Origin: Octopus vulgaris
Lineage: Eukaryota
Assembly: GCA_951406725.2 (NCBI GenBank)
Contig: OX597827.1
Coordinates: 35,960,001-36,024,000 of the forward strand
Direction of reading: 5' to 3'
DNA length: 64,000 nt
The translations under genes were made by a program, and so were the position numbers. Under the pieces are notes generated by a model. It made no database searches. It worked only from the letters and a program-made list of their open reading frames with translations, and was not told where the DNA came from. Below, one piece after another: positions 25,350-38,637 of the stretch. Within the stretch, counting starts at the first letter, position 1. Every line of letters starts with the position of its first letter.

Positions 25350-28300
25350 ATGGTGTTAGAGTGTGAGATTCTGGCATGAGCCCTTACCACTACCACTTTC
25401 TGCATCGAGACATGAGACTGTGAAGATGTAACCTAACTGGTTCTCTGACAACACATGCCAGCTACCAGACAGAAGCTAGGAGAAGACCATGGCCTCCATG
25501 CATCAAACTATTTCCATTTATCATTCTGCTTGTATATATATGTGTGGCCACATTAAAGGTATTTAAAGTCATAGCCTTGTTTTATATATTCTTTATACCG
25601 GGTTTCCTGTCAAATGAGATTATGGCCTTCTGAGTAGAGTCACATTAGATGGAATACAACCTATCCATCTAAAATGGGGACCCCCGATGTTCCAGACCAC
25701 TAAACTAACTAAAATGGTGACATGATGCAGCACACACCACAATTCCTTCTAAAATGGTGAACCCCGGACAAATTCTGACCAGTGAATACGTATTTCTCTT
25801 TCTCCTTCACAACTTCATTCACGCAACCAGACTACCATTCATCATATAGGAACATACCACTGATGCCTCTCACTGCCATATTGTCTTCTTCACCAGAAAA
25901 TTTTGGCACCATTTTCAAGCAGGAAACTGCAAATCATTTTCCCTTGGGTTGTAACCAAATTTACAACTTGGTCCTTTGCAGACACAGCGTCCTAGGGGAA
26001 TAGTCTTCTTGCTTATATATAAAAAAAAGAGGAAAAGAAAATTATCCAGAATTTTTCTCCAGAATTCACATGGACAACAATATTTTTCCTACATGCCAGG
26101 TATGAGTTTCTTTCTCTCAACCACCTGGATTATCCACATGTTGTTCTTTATTCGTTGGCAAGGACTTCTCTTATTTTCATCCTCTACTACTAAAAAAAAT
26201 TTCCTAGTTTGCTGCTTTCAACCAGCTTGTTCTTCGTGGCTTTCTGTTCCTATTACCATGCAAGATGAGTTATTTTCCTTTGCCTCAATATCACGGAGAT
26301 GCTAAGATGTGCTTTTCACAACTGGAGTCATTCTTCATTTCTTCTAATATTCAGTCAGCCCAGAGCAAACTCCACATCACTCTTACAGGCATTCCTTCTC
26401 CCCTCGCACTTTCAGTTCAAGATACAATAACAGGAAAGCCATTGGATATGACATGCGAACCCTTCGAAGCTGAAGTTCTCCAGCATAACTCTCGGTTGAA
26501 AGTAAATTTTGCACTCTTGCAGGATGAGCATCTCAAGGACCGAACCCCTACCCAGTTTTTGTGATGAATCCGAGATAGCTCATATGAGGGACAAGCATTT
26601 ATCAACAGCTATTTTTCTCGAGGATGCCTTCTAATTTCCAGTCGATTTTAGCTCTAGGATGGAACATATGACCCTTGAACAACTCACTGCCTCCGCAGAC
26701 AGGATTATGGAATTTTCTGGCACACGATCATTCATCAATAACGCTGTTGCTTCTTCGTCCTTCTCTCAAGTTTCTACTATTTCTGCTTCGGACAACACAT
26801 AATCTTCCAAAATCATACGGGCCATTGGAGAACTGACCCATCAGGTTTCATGCATGTGCAGGAACCGTTCGTCTTTAAGGGATTATTCTGCAGGGAGGAC
26901 CAGGTGTCACTCCCGCTCACATGCATGTGCACCTCCTGCTCCATCAATCTGCTGTTACCACAGGAAATTCAAGGACCAGGCCAGGAAATGTACACAGCCC
27001 TGCTCTTACTCCTCACAGGGAAACTAGCCAGGTGGTGCTGGGAAAGTCAGTCATCTCCCCCATTGATTCACCTTACCGTTCATTTTTTATCAGATACCAA
27101 TTCTTCAAAGTCTTTTATGGTGGATACAGGTGCCAGCTTAAGTATCTGGCCTCAAAGGTTTACCTCCACTAATCCTGGTCTTTCCGACATCTCTCTCTAT
27201 GCGGTGAAGCACTCCATCAAAACCTATGGACAGATCTCTCTTACACTGGATTTATCAGTCAGTAGGGATTTCAAGTGGATCTTTGTCATTGTGGGCCTGC
27301 CCTATCCCATTCTTGGTGCTAATTTCTTACACCACTATTCTCTCATCTTGGACGTTAGAAGATGCCGACTCATTGATGATACATCTTCACTCTCCGTCTC
27401 CAGAAAGGATTTTTCTGTCCCTGTTGTGAGCCTTTCTTCGTGGCTGCTTCGGGTGACTCCTACCAACAGTTACTTGCTTTGTTTCCAGAGTTGACTGATT
27501 TGTTATTTCATCTGTTGAATCCAGCCCATTCCATGAGACATTTCATCACAACCCAGGAATCTCCAGCTTTTTCCTGATCGCACAGTTTGTTTCCAGAGAA
27601 ACTCCGGATTGCCCAGCCTGAATTCGAGCACATGCTCCAGCTGAGCCTCATTCATCCTCCATGAGCCTGTGGGCAGCACCTTTACACATGACCAGAAAGA
27701 ATGACACTGATTTCTGACCGGTTGGATATTTTAGACACCTTAACACAGTCACTGTCGCAGATCACTATCCCTTTCCAAATGTGCAGGACTTTTCCATCTG
27801 CCCTGCAAGGCTGTAAGATTTTTTTCTAAAATTGACTTGGTATGCATGTACCATCAAATCTCTGTCAACCCTGATGACATTCCAAAGACAGTTTTCACCA
27901 TGCCTTTTGGAGCAATTGAATTCTTGTCTATGCAGTTTGGACTTCGTAGTCTGGCCCGCACGTTCCAAAGGTTCATCGATGAGGTCGTTTGTAGGTTAGA
28001 TTTTGTCTTCACGTATGTCGAAGGCCTTTTAATCGCCAGTGATACTCCAACACTCAACTCAGCTGTTCAAGCACCTACATTCCTATAATGTGAAGATCAA
28101 CCCGACTAAGTGTGTATTCGGTTCTATCAGTTTGGAATTCTTGGGGCATCTCATTAACATCGACAGTATTTGTCCACTTCCCTCTAAAGTGGAAGATATC
28201 AAACGTTTGTCTCCTCCTGTTTCCTTAAAACAGCTGAGAAATTTTATTGGTTTAATTAATTATTATCATTGTTTCATTCCTGTGTGGAGAAGTTACTTCT

Positions 28301-29220
28301 CTTGACCCAGCTCTTGAAAGATCAGCGCAAAAAAGACTCCCAGATAACACTGTCTACTACAGCCATCCAAGCTTTTGAATCTGTCAAATCTGACCTTGCT
28401 CAAGCATCCTTCCTTGCTCATCCTGTTGTGGATGCGAAATTATCACTGAAATTATCGCTGAAAAATGCCGAATTGAGATACAATGTGTTTAGTAAAGAAC
28501 TCTTAGCAATTTCCCTGATGGTGAAGCATTTCTCTTATCTTCTCAAATGTTGAGATTTCGTGATTTTCACCAACCACAAACAGCTAACATTTGCTCTCTT
28601 TGCCAAAAAGGACTGGTACTCACCCAGAGAAACAAAGCATTTGGACTACACATCACAGTTCACTAGTGACATTCGCCATATCACTGGCACTGACAACATC
28701 CCTCCTGATGCTTTATCTCGCCTGCCTATCGGTGCATTGTCGTCTCTTGCTTCGATTGATTTGGTTGCTATGGACACTGACCAACCCTCCTTGGACTCCC
28801 TGGATGTCTCTTCACCGCAGTTTTCCTGCTGCAAGTTTCAACACCTGCCTCTGCTGTTTTCTGAAGGAACTATTCTCTGTGATGTTTCATTCCTGAAAAT
28901 TACCTTTGTGCTGTTTTTGAAGTACTGCATTCACTGTCACACCTCGGCATTGCAGTCACAATAGAGCTTATCTTGGTCTGCTTTTTCTGGCCAAATATGC
29001 ATCAGTCTATTACTGCTTGTTCATGTCCCTGTCTACCATGTCAGTGTTCGAAGGTGCATCATCACGTGAGAGCACCTCTTGGACATTTCCAGCCACAAGA
29101 CACCAGGTTCTGTCATATATACATCGACCTGGTTGGTCTTTGGCCGGTCAGTTGCAAATTTACTTATATATTGACCTGCATAGACCATTTCTCCAGATGG
29201 CCTGAAGCCATCCCTCTCTA
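25350..29220 (+). mobile_element. Gypsy LTR retrotransposon remnant (candidate 5' LTR, PBS, gag, PR, RT, RH, partial IN)
   Basis: gag FSQLESFF..LKDRTPTQFL; protease FMVDTGASLS; RT DIPKTVFTMPFG..FGLRSLARTFQRFID; RNase H YNVFSKELLAI and FTNHKQL; integrase HIYIDLVG..IDHFSRWPEAIPL. Domain order is PR-RT-RH-IN. No 3' LTR seen. Confidence 0.92.
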
Positions 29221-29383
29221 AATTATGCAAAAATGAAAATAACACTGACATCTCATTTTAACAGATATATTTACCAACATTACATAAAAAATATCTTGAA
29301 ATACTAGAATAAATTTATTCAATAAAATCGCCATTAACTTCAACCACAGCCTCCAGATGACTTCGGAATCTCCTGCAACTCTT

Positions 29384-29775
29384 TGTGTGGTAAGTAGCTT
29401 GTTTACCAACCACATGGTTCCAGGTTCAGTCCCACTGCGTGGCACCTTGGGCAAGTGTCTTCTATATAGCCTCGGGCCGACCAAAGCCTTGTGAGTGGAT
29501 TTGGTAGACAGAAACTGAAAGAAGCCCGTCGTATATATGTATATATATATATGTGTGTGTGTGTATGTTTGTGTCTGTGTTTGTCCCCCTAGCATTGCTT
29601 GACAACTGATGCGGGTGTGTTTATGTCCCCGTCACTTAGCGGTTCGGCAAAAGAGACCGATAGAATAAGTACTGGGCTTACAAAGAATAAGTCCCGGGGT
29701 CGAGTTGGTCGATTAAAGGCGGTGCTCCAGCATGGCCGCAGTCAAATGACCGAAACAAGTAAAAGAGTAAAGAGT
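29384..29775 (+). mobile_element. SINE family A (young, near full-length)
   Basis: Nearly identical to 59407-59825, with a tRNA-like head tgtgtggtaag...ggttcagtccc. Confidence 0.9.
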
Positions 29776-30303
29776 ATTTGTAGAAAATAAGCATATGAGC
29801 TGATGTGCACCTATTTAAAGGTAAACAAGCAAACTGTGAACATATACTTGCTACACTATAATGACTACTGGAAACAGCTGTATATCGAATTTACTACAAT
29901 AAAGAAAAATATATAATAACCATTATTTATGCCTTGTCTCTCTCACACACACACATATCTATACAGGGTGTGATGGGTAAACTGTCACCATTTTATATTT
30001 TTATTTTTGCGCATGTGCATTGTTTGTTTTTGATTTTATCAACTACACAGTGTAGTATGATCAGTTGGGTACCCAAGGTATGAGGATGACCCTGATCTTC
30101 CTTCCCTCATTTCCTCTCACCCTTCCTGTTCCGGTCAAGCCCCTTGACCGTTGACATCACAGCCCTTTCCTTCGGGCTCATCTCATCCCCACATTTACTA
30201 CAATAAAGAAAAATATTTAATGACCATTATTAATGCCTTACCCTGTGTAAAAATCACCATGGATTTACAACATAGAATGGTGATGAATCACAATGTTGGC
30301 AGA

Positions 30304-30382
30304 GGTAAAGAATATGCACACCACGGGTTTTTGGCATAACCCTAACCCTAACTGAAAATGGGTGGTGTGTGTATTCTTTACC
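30304..30382. mobile_element. 79-bp mini-MITE with central CCCTAA repeats
   Basis: 21-bp TIRs ggtaaagaatatgcacaccac and gtggtgtgtgtattctttacc (2 mismatches) around aaccctaaccctaac. Confidence 0.7.
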
Positions 30383-30389
30383 AGTATTA

Positions 30390-31748
30390 TTTGATTCTTC
30401 TCCCACACGATTTTCACTAAAAAAAACCCAAAAAAACTTGGATTTTTTGCATGGAATCAAGTACTCTGACCTCCTAATATGCCGCTATCTCCTTATTTTT
30501 GTTCAGAAAAAGGTGGGGGAAACCGCCCCCACCCCACCCCATGACCCGGAATCATTGGGAATTTTTTTTCGTTGTCTGTATTCCAGTGACCTCCTAATAT
30601 GCTACAAAACCCTTTTTTGGGGTCCGGAAAACGGGGTGGGGTGGGGTGGAACCCTCGGAAATTTCACCCCCACCATTTTCAAATAATTTTTGCTATTTCT
30701 TTCTTTACCCATAATTTTAGATAACATTTTGCAGAAATACGTTTTCAATGAGTGTGGATTACATTAGATTCAAAATTCAAAGAAGTTTGAAATGAATAAG
30801 TGAAGTTGGAGAGGTTATAGAAGTTAGAGTGGTACTGAAGTCAGTGGAGAGATAAAGAATGATAAATAAGTAATCTAAAAAAAAAACACGTTAGTTTGTG
30901 TATGTGTATGAAACAAGTAAAAGTATAAAATTAAAATAAAAATATCTTTTTCCTACCTCTTAAAATCACTGGATATAATATATATAATAACTCCAAATAG
31001 ATTTTCCTTTTGCAATTTTTGGCATCGAAATGTGTTTCATTTTTGTGTGGGGAGAGAGAGTGTGAGTGAAAGAAAGAGAGAGTGAGTGGGTGACGAAATT
31101 TACCTAAACATTGAATGGGTAACGATCTATTATAATTATATATATCATTATACATCATCATCGTTTAACGTCTGCCTTTCATACTGGCATGGGTTGGACG
31201 GTTTGACTAAGGACTGACAAGCCAGGAGGCTGCAATGAGAATGCAGTCTGTTCTGGCAAGGTTTCTACAGCTGGATGTCCTTCCTAACGCCAACCGGCAG
31301 TACGTAAAAAAAGTCCCATTTGAGCGTGATCGATGCCAGTGCCAGTCACACTTGAAAAGCACCCACTACACTTTCGGAACAAGAATAAGTGGTTTGCAGC
31401 ATATTAGGTCATGGTACTTGATTCCATGCAAAAAATCCGGGTTTTTATTTTTTCTTAGTGAAAATCGTGCGGGTGAAATTTCCCAGACTTCCACCTCACC
31501 CCATCCCGTTTTCCGGAAACAAAAGAGTTTTGTAACATATTAGGAGGTCACCAGAATTCATTCAACAGAAAAAAAATTCCAATGATTCCGTGAAAAGGGG
31601 GGGGGGTCCTCCCCACATCTTTTTTTTCCGAACGAAAATAAGAAGTTTGTAGCGTATTAGAAGGTCAGGGTACTTGATTCCACGCAAAACCCCCGAGTTT
31701 TTTTTGCTTTCTTTTCATAGTGAAAATCGTGCGGGTGAAAGGATCAAA
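30390..31748. mobile_element. Foldback-like element with ~280-bp inverted arms
   Basis: 30392-30670 is the reverse complement of ~31470-31745, e.g. tgacctcctaatat/atattaggaggtca and cacgattttcacta/tagtgaaaatcgtg. The spacer contains a SINE B fragment. Confidence 0.8.
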
Positions 31749-32549
31749 TTTACCTTGTTACCTTCTTTCGAATTTAGATTAGATCTGAATTAAACGTTGG
31801 ATTACATGGAATATATTGAAGTTGTTTCATCGCCAAAATTTCTGTTCAACCTTAAACAATAGTAACAAACGAATAGCAACGGCAAGAGCAAATTGCAATA
31901 CACAAAAGAAAAATAATTAAGAGGAAATAACATTGAGGATAAATTAATAATAAACTATCAAATGCCTCACGAAATGTGAAGAATTAATATCAGCAAGATT
32001 ATTTTACTTAATGACTAAGTCACTTATATAAAAAATAGAAAAGAAAAAAAGAACGTTACCAATACAATTGAACCTTAATTTCTTGGGTAACGACAATCCG
32101 TATGATAAAAAATGAAATTATGAAAGCTCACGGCCTGATTGAGAATTTATTTTATATAAGATTGTTTCACTTTCACTACAAAAAGTGAAGTGATGTATAA
32201 ACTACAAGCTCGCCTAAATATTACTGCACAGATCTCAGAAGAATGAATGACTTGACAAAATTTAATCTCACAAAAAAAAAAAAAAAAAATTACGATAGAA
32301 TTTGAATTCAGAACGCAGCGGAACGAGACCATCTAAATGTCTGGATTTTCTGTTTGTTTATTCAGCCATCTATAAAGTGATTTTACAAACCTCCCAGGAT
32401 CTACGGCCCGAAATTTGTGGGGAATGGGCTGGTCGAATCCCCACACTCGGAGATAATGGTGCCCTATCATATCCACTGGGCTATTTCGTCTCTAGTGTAC
32501 TTGATAAATGCTATATTTCATAGGAGGATATTATCACATTAAAAATGTT

Positions 32550-32926
32550 GGATCTTTTCGGTTTGAACGGCAGTTTTTTCTAGCGATGTCATATGAAATT
32601 GTCACCCATAATTATGACCCTAGTATCGATCTATTGCATTTCAATCTGGGTTAGGGTTAGGGGTGGGGGGAAGAGTATCTTTTTTCTTCACAAATGTAAA
32701 TAAACCCAATCTGTTTCTCATACGGCACAGAATGTTGTTGTTTTTTTACCTCAATGGACGTCATCGATTGGTTGAAATTGCAGAAATTGAAGAAAAAAAA
32801 CCAACAAATATCTTACAAACTATAGAATTTTCTCAATAAAACCAAGAGAAAAAGATGTTTCGAAGTTTAAATTGTTTAGTTACCTAGAAATTATGTTAAA
32901 AACTGCCATTCAAACTGAAAAGATCC
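32550..32926. mobile_element. MITE with ~28-bp TIRs, 8-bp TSD and internal TTAGGG
   Basis: aaaatgtt|ggatcttttcggtttgaacggcagtttt ... aaaactgccattcaaactgaaaagatcc|aaaatgtt. Confidence 0.9.
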
Positions 32927-33479
32927 AAAATGTTTTCAAGAGCCACTCAACTGAATTCAATGGCCTCAACCGAAACTTAAAACCCTTATTGTGTCGCATG
33001 CTCTATTGCTGTCATTGACCGACGAAGATTAATGGTGCTAAAAACAATTGATCCAACTTCTATCCTTGATAGATGTATCATAATACGTCATGAGATCAAA
33101 CCCTAGCGTAAACAACATGCGATAGTTTTAAGCAAGACATTCAGGTTAACTTCCCCATATTGCATCGATTTTGTGATACTTTAATTTACAACTTTATGTG
33201 ACGTATTTCCAATTGAGAACCAAATTGATTTTAGCAAAACGGTTTTGCCCGAAATTTAACCATTTATTCACACACAAATACACATCTGCCGGAAAGTGGT
33301 ATTGTTTTCAATTGAACCATCGCCCTTACCTACATCACTATAAGGATTAGGATCAATTTCTTTTTTTTTTTTTTTTTTATCATTCTAAGAGCTGAAGACT
33401 AAATTACAAGAGTCTGGACATGAAGATGAAATAAGCCTTCTAGGGAGAAATAAATTGATGAAATGACGATTAATACAAA

Positions 33480-33600
33480 ACTTACCTGAGAGGAGAACTG
33501 GTCAGCTTCCAAATTCAACGCTAAATAGTCTCACAAACTCCGAAGAAGAAGAAAAAGAAACGGCGTCGACGGTTGAAAACTTTACAGTTAATGACAATGG
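33480..33600 (-). promoter_or_regulatory. Candidate promoter, non-coding first exon and donor of ZNF-b
   Basis: Minus-strand cagGTAAGT donor at 33485-33480 in CpG-retaining, non-repetitive sequence. Confidence 0.4.
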
Positions 33601-33796
33601 AACACCACAAGTGCAACAAATAGTTGACAGGGCTTTTAACGAAGTTTGGGTTTCAAATGAAATCATAATTAAATCGGGCGTTTTAACTCCATTTTTTTTA
33701 TTGGCACATTTTTTTCAATTTGGAAATTGTAGGTTTGGATGTATGTGTGTGTAATAAAAATGCATATATATATATATATATTCTACACAAACCCCT

Positions 33797-34831
33797 GGGC
33801 AAGACTTCCGTCCCCCACCAAAAAACAACCACCCTTAAAAAATTTTTTTTCGAGCCCCGCCTTTCGGCTACGGGAATACGAATCTGAAAAAAATTGGCAA
33901 AAATCGGCATTTTTAAATTACCACCCTACCCTCATTTCCTTCATTTTTAAACTTTTTTCAGAAATTTTGTTTTTTCAAAATATGCGGAAAAATACGGAGA
34001 TTATAATTCTGAAAAAAATTTCCAAAAATTTTTGTAAAATTAATTTTTAAGAATTTATTTTTTTCTAAATATGCAGAAAAATACGGACATTATGATTCGG
34101 ACAAAAATTTCAAAACATTTCCGTACTGACGGTTACAATTAGGGTTTTAGGGTTAGGGTTTTAGGGTTAAGGTTTTAGGGTTAGTGTTTTAGGGTTTGTG
34201 TTGGGGAAAAAGTAAAAATTGAAGAAGCTTGGGGGAAAAGGGGCGGGGGCGAAAATTTCACAATGCCGATTTTTGGCAATTTTCCGGAACCTCCGTATCC
34301 GAAAAACGAGGATTTTTGGCAAAAAATTTTTTTAAATAAACAAATTTGGGAGAAAATTGGGGTGGGGGACGGATGGAAGTCTTTCCAATCCCTCTTTTCG
34401 GTTATGGAGAATACGAATCTGGAAAAAAATCGGCATTTCGAAATTTACGCCCCCCCCCCCCCAATTTCTTAATTTTTAAACTTTTTTTCAGATATTGAAA
34501 AAAAAAAAAATTGTGGAAAAATACAGAGATCATGATTCTGAAAAAAATTGCCAAAAACTTTAGTAAAATTTCAATTTAAAAAAAAAAAAAATGACCCCTC
34601 CACCTCCCCTGGAAAAATACGGAGATTATAATCTTATAAATAATCTCCGTATTTTTCTGCATATTTTGAAACAAAAAATTTCTGCAAAAAGTCAAAAATG
34701 AAGAAATTGCGGGGAGGGGAGAGCGAAATTGCAAAATGCCAATTTTTGGCAATTTTCTTGAATTTCCATATCCGAAAATGGGGGGTTTTGGCAAAAAAAA
34801 AAGGGGGGGCGGGCAGGTGGAAGTCTTTCCC
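33797..34831. mobile_element. Foldback-like element with ~200-bp inverted arms and a central telomere-like tract
   Basis: Termini gggcaagacttcc and ggaagtctttccc; arms 33797-34005 and 34635-34831; (T2-4AGGG)n at 34139-34196; nested partial arm copies. Confidence 0.75.
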
Positions 34832-35529
34832 AAAACGGCAAAACTCTCCACCGAACAGGAACATGAAACTCTGAGTAACAGTTTTTGTGATATTTCTGCC
34901 TATTTCTTCCAGAAGAAAGAAAGATAAACAGACAGAAATTAGAGAAACAGAAGAATGGACCCCATAGAACTGGACCAGACAGGACTGGACTGGTATTTTA
35001 TTTATCATCCCCAAAAAGATGAAAGGCAAAGTTGACATCATAAGATTTGAACTCAAAGCAAAGAGAGCTGGAATGATTACTGCTAAACAATGCTTTAAGA
35101 ATTCTCTCAATTGGCTTGGCTTATCTAGCCAGCTTTAAAAATTCAGATCCAAATGTAAATATCATATGCCACAATATCCATCACCTCCATAAATCTTTTA
35201 AGATCTGTTTTTTTTTTTTGATTGCATCGGCCAAGTTGGTCCGCTTTAAATGAATTACCTTCTACAGACACATGTACCCTTAATATGGTTGTTAAATAGA
35301 ATCAGCAAAAAATAGCATTGCTCAACATGTCCATTAATATTGGTTTCAAATTCATGTACACAGGATTTTATATATTTCCTGCTTGTGTGTGTGTGTGTAT
35401 CCATCCATCCCCCACCCCCATTTTCTCCCCAATTTGTTTATTTAAAAAAAATCTTTTGCCAAAAATCCCTGTTTTTCGGATACAGAGGTTCCGGAAAATT
35501 GCCACGCACACACACACACATATATATAT

Positions 35530-35915
35530 ACAGGGTGTGGTGGGTAAATTGTCGCCATTTTATATTTTTAATTTCATGCATGTGCATTGTTTGTTTTTGA
35601 TTATGTCAACTACGCAGTATAGCGGGGTCAGTTGGGCACCATCTGTGAGGAAAACAGCACCATAATGCAATTCACTCCGCTAGAAATTTGGAAACAACAT
35701 GCTGTACTGCTTGGCATTCACAATGGAAGCTTCAATATGAATATTTCTGATTGAGTGTCAATCTGAGGACAGTGCAGAGGATTCAGAAAGAGTTGGTTGA
35801 GTTTAATGGTGATTACAAAGGTATGACAGCTCGCAGAACTCACTCTGATCATTCTGATAAGAAAAGAACTCCTGAATTTGTTAGTGAGAGCCAGGCCATG
35901 ATTGACAACGATCCC
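35530..35915 (+). mobile_element. Tc1/mariner-superfamily 5' fragment
   Basis: TA|cagggtgtggtgggtaaattgtcgcc terminus (second copy at ~29962-30075) and HTH-like VNLRTVQRIQKEL..KKRTPEFV. Confidence 0.6.
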
Positions 35916-36892
35916 ACCATTGAAAAAGTCCCAAAAGTATATACCATTGAAAAAGTCCCAAAACGCTTAAATGTATCAAGTGTTCTCACTAGTCACTGCT
36001 GGGATGAATTGTCATCTAAACTCTTATATTTATTGTTTTTAGCACAGTAAGTCTATAAGAGATGCTATTTCAGGACAAATACTGAAGTATCAGGCCTATT
36101 AACCTCATAGTGCCAGTGACATGAAAAAAAAAACACTTAGTACATGCTGTAAAGTGGTTGGCATTAGGAAGGATATCCAGCCTTAGAAACAATGCCAAAA
36201 CAGACACTGGAGCACAATACAATCACTGGAACATGGACATTAAAGATGATGATGATGAGTATCTGTGTGTGTGTATAAACATTTAATCAATAATTACTAG
36301 TCCAACAACATATATTTTGATTTTTCCTATGACACTTTGGGAACTCTAGAATGGTTCTGAACTAATTATTATGGATTAAATATTTATTCAGGCTTATTTT
36401 TGAGTTCTTTATTCTAAGTTGCCGGACATAACTTCTTTGAACTTGTCACCCTCTTGCTTATCTGTTTGTTCATTAGATACATGTATTTATCTCTCACTCT
36501 CTCTATATATATGCATATATATATGTTCATTCATTTAACAGCTATTTTTCCATGCTGGCATGAGTTTCAGCAGGATTTAATTGAGGTAGGATTTTACAAC
36601 CAGACAGTAATTTTGTTGGCAACCTTACCTGCTTTTCAAGTAAAGGAATGTTGATATTACCTTACTTTGTGTGCTCACAGACACACACATGCACGCACGC
36701 GTGCACACACACACACACACACACACTTCAAATGACAATAATTTTGCCAAAATTTCCAAATATTATATTTACTTGCATATAGCAATGTTGAAATAAAGAA
36801 TCTGCAGAGATCATGCAAGCCTTCAATTTTGTAATTTTTTTCTTATAAGAATATAATATCTGAAATATCAAGAGTAATTCCACATTATAGGT

Positions 36893-37280
36893 GCAGGCAT
36901 GACTTATATGGTTAAGAAGCTTACTTTGCAACCATATGATTTCAAGTTCAGTCCCAGAGTCCCAGTATCTTCTACTATAGCCCTGGGTCAACCAATGCTT
37001 TGTAAGTGAATTTGGTTCAATGGAATTTGTGTGGAAGTCCATTGTGTTTGTGTGTGTGTGTGTGTCTTTCTATTCATGCTTGTATCCCCCTCCACTACTT
37101 GACAACTAGGGCTCATTTGTTTACATTATAGTGACATAGTGGTTCAGAAAAAGAGACCAATAAAAGAAGTACAAGTCTTAAAAAAATAAGTACTGATGTT
37201 GATCTGCTTGACTAAATCCTGCCAGGTGCTACCCCAGTATGGCTGCAGTCCAATGATTGAAACAAACAAGAGTAAAAGAT
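36893..37280 (+). mobile_element. SINE family A (diverged)
   Basis: Head gcaggcatgacttatatggttaagaagc plus the family A body. Confidence 0.75.
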
Positions 37281-37379
37281 TAAAGCAAGTATTATAGGGT
37301 TAACTTACACAAAACATGATTTATAGGTGTTACAAGCAACTATGAATCCTAAAGGGACTAACACATTGATGGACCATTA

Positions 37380-37710
37380 TCTTTTATCTCTTGTTTCAGT
37401 CATTAGAATGTAGCCATGCAGGGGTACCACCTTGAAAGATTTTTGCTGAACAAATCAACTCCAGTCCTTATTTTTAAACCTGAGACTTATTGCTGAACCA
37501 CAAAGTTATGCAAACATAAACAAACCATACTGGTTGCCAAGTGGTTGTGAGGGACAAACACAAACACACACACATATAATCAATGACTTCATTCAGTTTC
37601 CATCTACCAAGACCACTCAAAGGCTTTGGTCAATCTTGCCCAAGGTGCCATGCAGTGGGACTAAACCTAGAACCATGTGTTTGGGAAGTGAACTTCTTAC
37701 CACACAGCCA
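37380..37710 (-). mobile_element. SINE family A (diverged)
   Basis: Reverse-complement family A; tail-to-tail with 36893-37280. Confidence 0.75.
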
Positions 37711-37740
37711 CTAGGTTTTAATGACAAGTATTCCAGTTAT

Positions 37741-38080
37741 TCATCATCATCGTTTAATGTCCGTTTTCCATGCTAGCATGGGTTGGACAGTTCAACTGGG
37801 GTCTGGGAAGCCAGTAGGCTGCGCCAGGCTCCAGTTTGATCTGGCAGTGTTTCTACAGCTGAATGCCCTTCCTAACGCCAACCACTCCGTGAGTGTAGTG
37901 GGTGCTTTTTACGTGCCACCTACACAGGTGCTAGACGAGGCTGGCAAACGTCCACAATCAGATGGTGCTTTTTACATGCCGCCGGCACGGAGGCCAGTCG
38001 GGGCGGCGCTGGCAACGGCCACGTTCGGATGGTTCTCTTATGTGCCACTGACACTGGTATCACAGCTACAATTACCATTG
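37741..38080 (-). mobile_element. SINE family B
   Basis: catcatcatcgtttaatgtccgttttccatgctagcatggg... Confidence 0.85.
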
Positions 38081-38637
38081 ATTGGCTGAAATACCTCCTC
38101 ATTGTATTACAGTGTTAATGGTTGAGTATTTCTCAGGCACTTTGTACCTTTTCCAAAACTGAAAACAGTGTGGGGTGACAAATCTGTAGTGTCTCTAAAT
38201 TGTAGATACAGTGTTGTCAGACTGACTTCCACACAGTTTCTGCCAACCAAATATCCCTTACAAGAAAGACGAGATCTGAGATTTATGATGATGCTGTGCA
38301 ATGGGATATAAAGATTATAAACCAGCTTCTTAAGATCCAATCATGTTTGTGGTTAGAATTGCTGTTAACCCTAACCAAGCTGGCCTATAATCAAAAGTGT
38401 TCCATTAGTGACCATCCTGTTTCATTTTCAGGCATAGAGTATTGAAAACTACCTTATCCAATGCATTCTACTTTGTTAAATCTTTTAATGATTGTAGAAG
38501 AATTTAGTAAATTAACTTTGTCATTATTTTTAAGCTGGTGTTTAGAACATTAATCAACATGAAATTTTAATTTAGATGACTTTAAAACATGAAGTTTGCA
38601 CAGTACAACATGAGTGATCTCAGGTGGGTTTTTTTTT

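Noticed and set aside
25350-29220. Active or domesticated Gypsy gene
   Set aside because: The RT catalytic motif reads YVEG instead of YxDD, and there are many stops and frameshifts.
34139-34196. Possible telomere or chromosome-fusion scar
   Set aside because: The tract is short and degenerate, and sits inside an inverted-repeat element.
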